A DNA stretch of 64,000 nt. Source: Candidatus Acidiferrales bacterium. Lineage in GTDB: Bacteria; Acidobacteriota; Terriglobia; Acidiferrales; UBA7541. Below are positions 1 through 8,467 of the stretch, one piece after another. The translations under genes and the position numbers were made by a program. The notes below the pieces were generated by a model. The model saw only the letters and a program-made list of their open reading frames with translations. It made no database searches and was not told the DNA's origin. The stretch spans positions 633 to 64,632 of the forward strand of contig JBEKBY010000011.1 in assembly GCA_050015155.1 (NCBI GenBank). Reading direction: 5' to 3'. How positions within the stretch are numbered: the first letter of the stretch is position 1; each line of letters opens with the position of its first letter.

Positions 1-108
1 CCGGCGCTTGGGATCTGGGCGGACATGGTAGATAGCCGCCGGTGGGATGCAACATCGATGCGGCAGCGTGTCGCAGAGTTTATTGAGACTCAGGTCCGCC
101 GTAGATAG
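1..108 (+). CDS. C-terminal end of an unidentified protein (partial, enters from window start)
   Basis: Open frame from nt 1 (..PALGIWADMVDSRRWDATSMRQRVAEFIETQVRRR*) ending at TAG 106-108. No motif recognised. Confidence 0.25.
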   Translation, partial: PALGIWADMVDSRRWDATSMRQRVAEFIETQVRRR

Positions 109-186
109 GCCGTGCCAGTGAAATCATCTTGTAGTCAACCCGCACTCTTGTCGGCGCTCAGAGTGTCGTTGCTTCCAGGGTTTGTA

Positions 187-1146
187 CTACTCACTGCGAT
201 ACCGATCGAAAAAATCGAAAACAGCAGGAAGCGTTAAGGTCACCATGCCACCGTGGTCGGCGTCGACTTCGATGTATTCCAGATCGAAACCCTGGGCTAT
301 CATCCAATCCCGCATCAAATGGCTGCCCTTCACTGACGGCAACGCCTTCGTCCCCTCGGACATCATGACCGGCATGGTCCGGATGCGATCCCAGGGATAG
401 TTCGCCTCATCAACAAACGGACCGGACATGGGCGCGATGGCTCGCCATAACTGGGAATATTTTGCCCCGAGATACCAGGTCCCTCCGCCGCCCATCGAGT
501 GACCCATCAAGAAAATGGACGTCTGGTCTATCGGATATTCATTGAGGACCATCTCGAGGACATTCAGGACGTCCTTTTCGCTAAATTCCAGCGCCCGCTT
601 CTGTTCCGGCGTCACATCGGCTCTTTGTTTTGCAGCGGCTTCGGGTTGGCCGAAGACCGCAGGAAGTCTGAGCGGAGTTCCATAGGCACCTAAGGGGCTA
701 TAGCCCAGAGGTGACACCAAAACATAACCGTGCTGCTCGGCCAGGCGAAGAAGCTGCTTACCGTTGCCATCCAAATACCGGTTCTCGTCTGAACCACCTC
801 CGTGAAGCATCACGATGAGAGGCAATTTCGATTGACCGTCCCACGAGGTTGGGACGTAAAGGCGATACGGCATGTCCGTTCCGGCAGCGGAGAATCTATA
901 GGTGCGATGTTGGTCACCTTTGGCCCGCCACTGAGGATTGCCGGGTGCCGCTAGGCTCTTCGCCAGCGATTGCGATTCGCGGATTTGCTGGTCTGCATCG
1001 AGAGCCGAACCGAACGCGATAGGCTGTGCCGAACACGGGTTCGACTGAGGGACGCAAGGCAGTACCGTCGGCGGCGGATTCTGTCGTGCAGTTACCGCAC
1101 TGGCCAAAAGAGCTACGGCCAACGGGATGCGAATCGTTACCTTCAT
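187..1146 (-). CDS. secreted alpha/beta hydrolase (carboxylesterase / PHB-depolymerase-like esterase)
   Basis: N-terminal signal peptide MKVTIRIPLAVALLASAVTA. LIVMLHGGG oxyanion-type motif and GHSMGG nucleophile elbow (G-x-S-x-G). Confidence 0.8.
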   Translation of the reverse strand: MKVTIRIPLAVALLASAVTARQNPPPTVLPCVPQSNPCSAQPIAFGSALDADQQIRESQSLAKSLAAPGNPQWRAKGDQHRTYRFSAAGTDMPYRLYVPTSWDGQSKLPLIVMLHGGGSDENRYLDGNGKQLLRLAEQHGYVLVSPLGYSPLGAYGTPLRLPAVFGQPEAAAKQRADVTPEQKRALEFSEKDVLNVLEMVLNEYPIDQTSIFLMGHSMGGGGTWYLGAKYSQLWRAIAPMSGPFVDEANYPWDRIRTMPVMMSEGTKALPSVKGSHLMRDWMIAQGFDLEYIEVDADHGGMVTLTLPAVFDFFDRYRSE

Positions 1147-1180
1147 CGTCCGCTCTGTCGCCCTGGGCCTTGCGCGTTCC

Positions 1181-2164
1181 TCAGTCGATCTTCTTCTTTC
1201 GAATCACCCACCGAGGATTGACGCACAGCCCGCAAGTCGCTCCCTTAAACATCAGGCTGGCGCGCTGATCGCCTCTCAGCTGCCAGTCTAGCCAAGCAAC
1301 GGCAACGCCGCTGAACTCGCCCCCGTCTGGTTGACGATACGTGCCACCATGAGTGACTCCTCTTTCGTAGCCTCGAAATATCGGAACGGACGCAATGCGC
1401 TCGAAATCGTCGTCAGCGTTTGCAAAGGCGATGTCTTGAGCATCGCCGCTGATGTATGCCACCGGCGTATGGAGCGACTTTAGGTCATCCTTGCTCATGG
1501 ACTTTCCCCCGGCCATTTCGGTCGGCTTGGGGAAAAGACCGCTATTCCAAATCATGGCGGTCGTTATGCGAGGATCCGCCGCTACCTCGATCGCCTGTAC
1601 ACCGCCGCAAGACTGGCCCATTACGGCGATTTTCTTGCTGTCCAGCCGCTGATAGTACTTGCTGCCGGCACGTTGATTTTCGGCGATAGCCCAATTGATG
1701 GCTTCAATCAATTGGACAGAATGGGTCGCCGACGGAGGCAGATTGGGTGGAGGTTGGGTAGGATCAGACCCTTGAGGCCTCGGCGGCACGGCTGGGCCCT
1801 GTGGGAATCCTGCGGCGTTCAACTGCACTATTGGACCGAGGGCGATAACAAGATATCCGTATGAAGAAATCTCTGTAAGAAACGGTGCGAAGAAATTCCC
1901 GGCATTCGCACACGCACCGTTACCCCAGACGACGATCGGCAAAGAAGTGCCGTTCAACGCTGATAGATCATCCGGCCGATATATTGTGTGCCCGGGGAGA
2001 CCTGGATCCATTTCCATGATGGTCTTGTAAGGCCCCGAGCCAACCATCGGCCCAGCCCCAGGAGACCTGCCGTCGGGTTCCTGGGCGGCTGATACCGTCT
2101 GAACCATCCAGAAGCCGAACAGGCAAAGGAGGCCAACCACCGTACGCGAGGAAATAGTTTTCAT
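1181..2164 (-). CDS. secreted alpha/beta hydrolase (serine esterase, family uncertain)
   Basis: Signal peptide ..LLCLFGFWMVQTVSAAQ. G-x-S-x-G elbow in VMGQSCGG. Pro-rich insert. Sits between two other esterase genes on the same strand. Confidence 0.75.
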   Translation of the reverse strand: MKTISSRTVVGLLCLFGFWMVQTVSAAQEPDGRSPGAGPMVGSGPYKTIMEMDPGLPGHTIYRPDDLSALNGTSLPIVVWGNGACANAGNFFAPFLTEISSYGYLVIALGPIVQLNAAGFPQGPAVPPRPQGSDPTQPPPNLPPSATHSVQLIEAINWAIAENQRAGSKYYQRLDSKKIAVMGQSCGGVQAIEVAADPRITTAMIWNSGLFPKPTEMAGGKSMSKDDLKSLHTPVAYISGDAQDIAFANADDDFERIASVPIFRGYERGVTHGGTYRQPDGGEFSGVAVAWLDWQLRGDQRASLMFKGATCGLCVNPRWVIRKKKID

Positions 2165-2232
2165 TCTTCAATACCTCTCGACTGAGTTACCGGCATTCAC
2201 GAATCGAAGATCTCGATCGCAAATAGCTGACG

Positions 2233-3936
2233 CTACGCCGGGAAGAGAATGTTTTCGATCACCTCGCGGGACTGGCGCGCGGGGTCCTTCACCACTTCGC
2301 TCGTCGAGTTGATCATCATCACGTTGCGATCCGCGGCTGAGTACGCCGGCCAGCGCGGGAAGCCCTTGGAATTCGGACTCCCTGTTGCGGCAAATGCAGC
2401 CCACGCGCCGCTGACTCGTTGGGCGAGCGGGAAAATATCGGGTGCACTGCCCGTGAGCTTTTGCACGAGCGGGTCGCTCACGTTATCGAAGACGAACGGC
2501 ATCTCGATCGTGTGCGGCGAGCGGAGCTTGCCCTTCAGGATTGGCGTCTCCCAGGTGAATTCGTAGACGAACGTGGGAGCTTTACCGAGGGCGGCGCGAC
2601 GCTCGGCGATTTTGGCGGTGAACGCTACCGTGGGATAGGCGCTTGCGATCAGGAAGTAGAGGCCCGTGGAATTTTCGTTTGGGTAGTCGCTGCGGAACGC
2701 CTGGATTGCCGCCTCCGCGTGGTCGCCAAGGAGGGATTGGATGCGTTGGTGCAAGCCTGCCTCGTCGAGTGTGAACGCGGCGGAATCACCGGCAGCGAAA
2801 AGCGTCAGTTCGGTGCGATTGAAACCGATGAGAACCGGCACGTCGGCGGAGACTTCTGGTGCGACCGGATCGAAGGGATTCTGCAGGAGCGAGACTCCGT
2901 CAACGACAGGCGAGAAACCCGCGATCATCCCGGGAATGAAGCCGCCAAGTTTGCGGTTGACGGCACCCTGCGCGGCCATAAGCCGCTCGAGCGGCAGCGA
3001 CTGAATGTCCATGATGCTATCAGGCTTGATGCCGAGCTCGGCTAGGACCATGTCGCCAACTTTAGTCGCGTAGTCGAGTGAATTCATCTTGACGCCTGGG
3101 CCGCTTTCGATGACGGCTCGATTGAAAAGTCCTTTCGCCGGAGGCATAGCGAGAAGCGTGGACACTTTTTGCCCGCCGCCCGATTCTCCGAAGATGAGGA
3201 CCCTGCTTGGATCGCCGCCGAAATTGGCAATGTTGTCACGCACCCAGGCCAGCGCGGCCACGATATCGAGCATGCCGACGTTGCCGGAGGCCTTGAACAA
3301 ATCGCTAGCGTGACCGAGGCAGGTATAGCCGAGCAGGCCGAGGCGGTGATTGATTGTGACGACCACGACATCGCCACGACGCGCGAGATTCGCCCCGTCA
3401 TACAGAGGAGCGGAGCCGGAGCCAGAGGTGAATGCGCCTCCGTGGCACCAGACCATCACGGGACGCTTGTGGTTGTCCTTCACGCTCGGCGTCCAAACGT
3501 TGAGAACGAGACAATCCTCGCCTTCGAGGATTCCCGTGGGATTCGACGTGGAAGCCATGAAATCCGCGCCAGCGAGAATGCCGGGTGCGCCCGGGATTGT
3601 CTGGGGAGCGGAGTGGCCGTACTCGAGAGCGTCGCGAACGCCGGCCCACGGTTCGGGCTTGACGGGCGGCATGAAGCGATTTTTCCCTGCGGTTGATGTG
3701 CCGTAGGGAACGCCCTTGAAAACGCTGACGCTTTTGTTCGTAGCACCGCGGATTTTTCCCGTGGCCGTCTCAACAACCGGCTGCGAATCGGTGGGCGACG
3801 CGCCTGCAGCGAGAGCGGCGTTCAGAGTCGAGCCTGCGAAAAGCTTGTGCATGATCGCGGCACCTCCCCCCAGAAGCGACGCTTTCATTAAGGAGCGGCG
3901 CTCAACGCCGATTCCCGAGCGTTGGCTCTTTGTCAT
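2233..3936 (-). CDS. carboxylesterase type B (para-nitrobenzyl esterase-like), Tat-exported
   Basis: 567 aa. Twin-arginine leader (VERRSLMKASLLGGGAA). Type-B carboxylesterase motifs EDCLVLNVWTP, VWCHGGAF and FGESGGG. Confidence 0.9.
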   Translation of the reverse strand: MTKSQRSGIGVERRSLMKASLLGGGAAIMHKLFAGSTLNAALAAGASPTDSQPVVETATGKIRGATNKSVSVFKGVPYGTSTAGKNRFMPPVKPEPWAGVRDALEYGHSAPQTIPGAPGILAGADFMASTSNPTGILEGEDCLVLNVWTPSVKDNHKRPVMVWCHGGAFTSGSGSAPLYDGANLARRGDVVVVTINHRLGLLGYTCLGHASDLFKASGNVGMLDIVAALAWVRDNIANFGGDPSRVLIFGESGGGQKVSTLLAMPPAKGLFNRAVIESGPGVKMNSLDYATKVGDMVLAELGIKPDSIMDIQSLPLERLMAAQGAVNRKLGGFIPGMIAGFSPVVDGVSLLQNPFDPVAPEVSADVPVLIGFNRTELTLFAAGDSAAFTLDEAGLHQRIQSLLGDHAEAAIQAFRSDYPNENSTGLYFLIASAYPTVAFTAKIAERRAALGKAPTFVYEFTWETPILKGKLRSPHTIEMPFVFDNVSDPLVQKLTGSAPDIFPLAQRVSGAWAAFAATGSPNSKGFPRWPAYSAADRNVMMINSTSEVVKDPARQSREVIENILFPA

Positions 3937-4009
3937 CTGGCCCTCCCATTACGTTGGGGCCGATTCTAACTGAGTTTCAGTAGAACGTGTCGATAATGCA
4001 CGCGGGCAC

Positions 4010-4564
4010 ATGCGCGTCTTCCACTTCCTTGTGCGTGGCTTCGTCGCTGACATGGTACGCTCCTCCCTTTCAGCTCGCACTCCCGTATACGATCCTCACG
4101 AACTCCCTGAGCTGGAGATTGCCAAATATGCGAGCAGCGAAGATCTAACGAGCCAATTCCGCGATTTTCAGAAGCGCGCGATCGTGTTTCACTCAAATCC
4201 ATCACCCAAAGATGTAGAAATTGCGGGGCACATGCGCCTTAATCTCGCGGTCCAGTCAGATGCTCCGGATTTCGACCTCTGGGCTCAGGTCTTAATGGTT
4301 CTGTCTGACGGATCAACGATTCAGCTTGGCGAAGACATAAGGCGTGCCTGCTTTCGAAACAGCTTCTTCAAAGAAGAGCTTTTGAGGCCGGGGCAGACTC
4401 ATATGGGTCTGGCTCTGGTGAGAGCCAAGCCCGAAACCGTGATTGCTTGGCACCGACGAGGGTTTCGGTTATATCAGAGCTGGAAGAAGCGCTACAGTCG
4501 TGAACCGTCAAGGATTTGGACGAATGGAACAGCCGGCCAGTGTCACGATGCTTTGCGGCGCTGA
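4010..4564 (+). pseudogene. remnant: C-terminal domain of a CocE/NonD-family hydrolase fused in frame to a transposase/integrase-like N-terminal motif
   Basis: About 4180-4395 reads like a PepX_C/CocE-NonD C-terminal domain (FHSNPSPKDVEIAGHMRLNLAVQSDAPDFDLWAQVLMVLSDGS..RRACFRNS..LLPGQ). It switches abruptly to KPETVIAWHRRGFRLYQSWKKR, a motif typical of rve-type transposase N-termini. No catalytic hydrolase domain is present. Confidence 0.5.
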
Positions 4565-4626
4565 GCAACGGCCGAACGCTCTTCCCAGGGATGGGAACTT
4601 GTTACAGCCGAATCCGTTTCGACAGC

Positions 4627-6414
4627 TCACCTCCCGCTTCGGCAAACGAAATTCGCTGCGTCTTCGATGCTGCCGCTCCCTTGGTAGTGCGCCGTTTGCG
4701 GGTAAGGGCATAAGGGCCGGGTGCGTCCAGGCCATGGGCTATTGGGGCCAGCTTTCGCAAGAATGTGATCCGGGGCCGTTCCCTTCTCCACCCAATTGAC
4801 CAACGCCCCGAATGCATCGAATTGATCAGTGGCAGGGCCACCTCCGCAGTGCGCCATGCCCGGAACCGGAAAGACGCGAACAAAGTCCGCGGAGGACTCA
4901 CCGTTGAGCTTCTCAACTTCGCGGTACCAGGCGAGTGTATCGTTCAGCGAGAACACCGGATCGGAGGCTCCCTGGTACACGATCATTCTTCCGCCATGCG
5001 CGCGAAATCCCTCCAAATGTGGTGAGCGGGCCGAGATGTCATCCCAAGCGGAACGTTCAAAGGGAGCTTCGGTCGCGTAGATTTTCGGCGCGTCGTGATC
5101 GAAATCGAAACCAAGCGCGTAATCGAGAGCGGATTTCGGATCCGCGTTCAAAGCTGTGGGCGGTGTGGTGAAAATCGCCGCGAGCGCGGGCCCGCCCATC
5201 GCAACATTAATGCCCGGAAAACCGCCCGTTGCAGGACCGATCTTCCAGATGCGCCAACCGTCGCTGCCCATGCCCGCATCAATCGGCCAATCGGAATAGA
5301 GTGATTTGCCGCTGCTGTTCTTCGGACCTTCGTGCACGCGCCCCAACTCGTCTATCTGCGCACCACTCAAGCACGAATCGCTCTTCGAAACGGAACAGTT
5401 TCTTTGAATCAATTCCTTCGCCACCCGTCGCCACGTACAAGACTCGAATGCCGCCGTGATGCCGTCCCGCACTCCATCGTCTGCATCGCACGCCGCCAGG
5501 ATCGCCTCGCGCACAGTCCGGAATTGTGCTTCCGTGAAGCTGGTTGGCAGAAGCTTCGGATCGAAGCTCTTTGCGCCTGCGGCCGCCACCAAACTGCCAA
5601 ACGCCTGCGTGTCCCAAGCTTCAGCAACAGCAGCCCGAGGCAACGAAAATCCCGGCGCGCCCGCAACGATCCCATCGAACTCATTGGGAAATCGCTGGGC
5701 AAGAACCATGCCTTCTTCCCCACCTTTGGAGCATCCGACGAAGTAAGATCGTTCAGCAGGACGACCGTAGTACGCGCGGATGATGGCCTTTGCCGCCTCT
5801 GCGACGGGTTTCAGAGAAGCTCCACCATAGTCTGCCCGTGCCTGGGGATCAAAGCCGAACGCAACAGGTCCGCCTCGTGTGGGAACGCTGTTCGTGGCAT
5901 TGTCGTGGCCCGAATCTTCCGATACGACTGCGTAGCCTTGAGCAACAGCAGGTGGCATGCCTGGAGCCGTCGAACCGATCGCGCTGCCCAACTCCCCCTC
6001 GGTGCCGCCTCCGCCCTCGAAGAAAAATTTTCCATTCCAATTAAGAGGCAACCGCATGTGGAAACGAATCGCGTAACGCTGCCCGTCTACTCCCACGCGC
6101 TCCTGCATGACTCCGGAGAGCTCGCAGTGGGCCGGAAGCGTTACCGGCAGCGCCATTGGAATTGCTACCTGCGAGCCGCCTGCGCGCCATGCGGACTGCT
6201 CGATACGTATCGTCGGATCGGGCCATTGGTGCTTCGTTTTTGCAAGCTGAGTGCAACGCTCCGAAACATTCGTCTCTGCGGCCGACCCAGGCGGTATGCC
6301 GTTCTGAGCGGCGTGCGCTTGCGTAGCGAGTGTGAGGAACAGAATCACTGTCCCCAGCGCCTCCCGAAAACAAACCAATCTGCGAGTGGGGACCGGGCGA
6401 GCCAATTTCTTCAA
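4627..6414 (-). CDS. tannase/feruloyl esterase family alpha/beta hydrolase, secreted
   Basis: 595 aa with signal peptide. GCSKGG nucleophile motif (GCSxGG) and overall length and cysteine pattern typical of the tannase/feruloyl esterase family. Confidence 0.9.
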   Translation of the reverse strand: MKKLARPVPTRRLVCFREALGTVILFLTLATQAHAAQNGIPPGSAAETNVSERCTQLAKTKHQWPDPTIRIEQSAWRAGGSQVAIPMALPVTLPAHCELSGVMQERVGVDGQRYAIRFHMRLPLNWNGKFFFEGGGGTEGELGSAIGSTAPGMPPAVAQGYAVVSEDSGHDNATNSVPTRGGPVAFGFDPQARADYGGASLKPVAEAAKAIIRAYYGRPAERSYFVGCSKGGEEGMVLAQRFPNEFDGIVAGAPGFSLPRAAVAEAWDTQAFGSLVAAAGAKSFDPKLLPTSFTEAQFRTVREAILAACDADDGVRDGITAAFESCTWRRVAKELIQRNCSVSKSDSCLSGAQIDELGRVHEGPKNSSGKSLYSDWPIDAGMGSDGWRIWKIGPATGGFPGINVAMGGPALAAIFTTPPTALNADPKSALDYALGFDFDHDAPKIYATEAPFERSAWDDISARSPHLEGFRAHGGRMIVYQGASDPVFSLNDTLAWYREVEKLNGESSADFVRVFPVPGMAHCGGGPATDQFDAFGALVNWVEKGTAPDHILAKAGPNSPWPGRTRPLCPYPQTAHYQGSGSIEDAANFVCRSGR

Positions 6415-7224
6415 TCTCCGTGATGGATTCGCCTTCCGTCAAGAAGGGAATTAGTAACAGTTCTTTCCGCTGCTCCAGATTCCCTTTGTTTATGGGCCGA
6501 TTTGAAGACTTGGTAGCGATGCCGGGACTGTCGTTCAGGGTCTTCAAAAGAGCTGCAAAAACCTAGGAATTCGTTCGTTTCCAATCTGATGGCAGCTTCG
6601 AGAGCTTAATGGGATTAAGCAGCTTTTAGCGGCTATAAGCCCGAAATTCTGCCATGTTTAGTAACGGTAGTAACAAAAATTCAGAACGAACTCAAGCCGT
6701 AAAGAACCTTGACCGCTGATGCCCTGAGATGGTTGCGGGAGCTTGTGATGCGCCGAAGACGCTCGCGCTAATCGATCGCCTCAGGGGATTCGATCCGGGT
6801 TCGAATCGAGGAAATACGAGTCGGACACGAGGGGACTCCATGACCGACTCTCTGCTTAGAAGATATCCCAAGAAACGTTAGACCGCGAACCGACGGTTCA
6901 GTCGCACTAGAGGACATCGATGCCGATTGCACTCAGCGCTGGGCTACTGCTCGCCGGCGGACTTCGAAGCGGAAACTCACGCCGAACGAGCGACGGCCCA
7001 TGCAGCGGCGGCGACGTTCATCGACGGATAGCGTGACACAAACTATTGTCTCAAGCAGGGGTTCACCCCGCTCGAGCCCGTTGGACCCGACTGTGCACCA
7101 ACTGTGCACGAACGGGTTGTTTGGAGCCTGTTGGGGTTAGCTTTTGAGCGAAAGCAGATTCCCCGATTTGTTGTAAACGCTAGCAATTAAAGTGAACCGG
7201 TTGTTTGTTAGAAGCGACTCGCGC

Positions 7225-7272
7225 GCTTTGCAAGCAGGGGGTCGCCGGTTCGATCCCGGCCACGTCCACCAA
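7225..7272 (+). repeat. 48-bp direct repeat copy 1 = 3' half of tRNA-Ala(UGC) (anticodon loop to CCA), no 5' half present
   Basis: gc|TTTGCAA|GCAGG|GGGTC|GCCGG|TTCGATC|CCGGC|CACGTCC|A|CCA|a folds as anticodon loop (UGC), variable loop, T-arm, acceptor 3' strand with U70 (Ala identity G3:U70) and CCA. Upstream sequence cannot form a D-arm or the acceptor 5' strand. Confidence 0.8.
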
Positions 7273-8394
7273 ACCTCTTCACAGTATGAGACTTAGGAAA
7301 TTCTCTTTCGGTGCGCATGCCCGAAAGTGTACGAACTGTGCAAGAAAGGACTGAAACGAACCACTGTGCACAATCGCAAGGGCTATGAACCGCATCGGTG
7401 CGACCCAACATAGCTGCGCAATGCAGCAGTTCAGCAAGGTCGTCGCGATCCGATTGCGGTTTCAGTTTTTTCAATACTTCCACATTTCCCGTGTACGACG
7501 CCTCCCGCAGCCCAGTGGTGCGTAAGCCACTGAAATCTAGGAACGGATGTCGACGATCAGAGACGCAAAAGGGGGGACGTCACTGCTGGTAGCACTCCGG
7601 ATCGTCTTCTTCGCCGATCTTTGGCCCGGCTGCTCTCGGATTTGCGCCAGCCCACAGCATCAGACTGATCCATTTCAAGTTTCCTTCATGGCAGAAGTAC
7701 CGAAGGGCGCGATCTGCGTGGCCTTGCAACTTGTCCGCAAGCTCAGGATGTTTCTGCTTACATTCGATGAAGGGACGAAGCGCCGTGCGGACTTTGGCGC
7801 CAAAAGCTTCGGCAAACGGGGAACCTGTTATGAAATCGGCGCCGTGGTCCAGGAAGAATCGGATCAATTTTGGCTCCCAACTCAGCAAGACATCAGAAAA
7901 AGGAACCGCGGCAAGTTCGGCGCCGCTCTCCAGAAGAAGCTGTACAAATTCGAGATGCCGTTTCGAAACGGCGCTGCCAGGGCTTCGTTCTTTGCTTCTT
8001 GGCCGACATCACTGTGCGCAAGCAATTCCACCAAACTGTGGAATCCTTGGTCTAATGCAATTTGGAGAGGGGTTCTCTTGAATTCGGCTGGGACTCGCAG
8101 AGATTTAGGGGAACTAATCCATCGTTCGATCTCGTATAGCTTGCCCTTTTGACACAGGTTTATAAGCAGCTTGGCTTCCTCGGGCGTTAGTGCCTGCGCT
8201 ACCGACCCGGCAGAGATGGACGGAATTTCATCTACTGGCGCATTGGAAACGAAACTCTCCGTCGGGTTCGTCATTTTTGCTCGGATTGTAATGATCCGGC
8301 ACGAATCGCTCAACCGAAATGTGCGGAGCAGCTTTGGAGCAACAAGAAGGGTCTCGTTCTCGTGGAATCGTGGTGTTAAGCGCAGCCTGAACAA
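7273..8394 (-). pseudogene. ankyrin-repeat protein pseudogene (frameshift, in-frame stop, 3' end cut by the tRNA-derived repeat)
   Basis: Ankyrin-like repeats (RTPLQIALDQGFHSLVELLAH; AVSKRHLEFVQLLLESGAEL; KLIRFFLDHGADF; GNLKWISLMLWAGANP; YTGNVEVLKKL). Frame change near 7975. In-frame TGA at 7580-7582. The reading frame then runs into repeat copy 1. Likely start is ATG at 8274. Confidence 0.6.
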
Positions 8395-8419
8395 CGACTT
8401 AGATTTGAGTTCTTCCCCA

Positions 8420-8467
8420 GCTTTGCAAGCAGGGGGTCGCCGGTTCGATCCCGGCCACGTCCACCAA
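8420..8467 (+). repeat. 48-bp direct repeat copy 2 = 3' half of tRNA-Ala(UGC)
   Basis: 48/48 identical to 7225-7272. The upstream 5 nt (CCAGC) pair 4/5 with the anticodon stem, but no D-arm or acceptor 5' strand is present. Confidence 0.8.

Noticed and set aside
6784-6812. GGGGATTCGATCCGGGTTCGAATCGAGG contains a T-loop-like GGTTCGAATC and a tmRNA-5'-like GGGG..TTCGA string. It could be a tRNA/tmRNA gene or a third att scar.
   Set aside because: The flanks cannot pair into a T-stem (CCGGG vs CGAGG) or an acceptor stem, and there is no cloverleaf. Too degenerate to call.
6780-7272. The repeat ending ..GGTTCGATCCCGGCCACGTCCACCA might be the 3' end of a tmRNA (ssrA), a common island target.
   Set aside because: No tmRNA 5' acceptor strand (GGGCGUG..), no tag-like reading frame ending in ..AA-stop, and no pseudoknot-like organisation in the ~400 nt upstream. 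The segment just 5' of the T-arm forms a perfect tRNA anticodon arm with anticodon UGC, so a tRNA-Ala fragment explains it better.
7580-7582. The in-frame TGA inside the ankyrin reading frame might be a selenocysteine codon.
   Set aside because: No SECIS-like hairpin immediately downstream. The same gene also carries a frameshift and lacks a 3' end, so a nonsense mutation in a pseudogene is the simpler reading.
7547-8152. 201-aa plus-strand ORF between the two repeats.
   Set aside because: It is antisense to the ankyrin-repeat frames, which have recognisable repeat motifs. No motif or SD; likely a shadow ORF.
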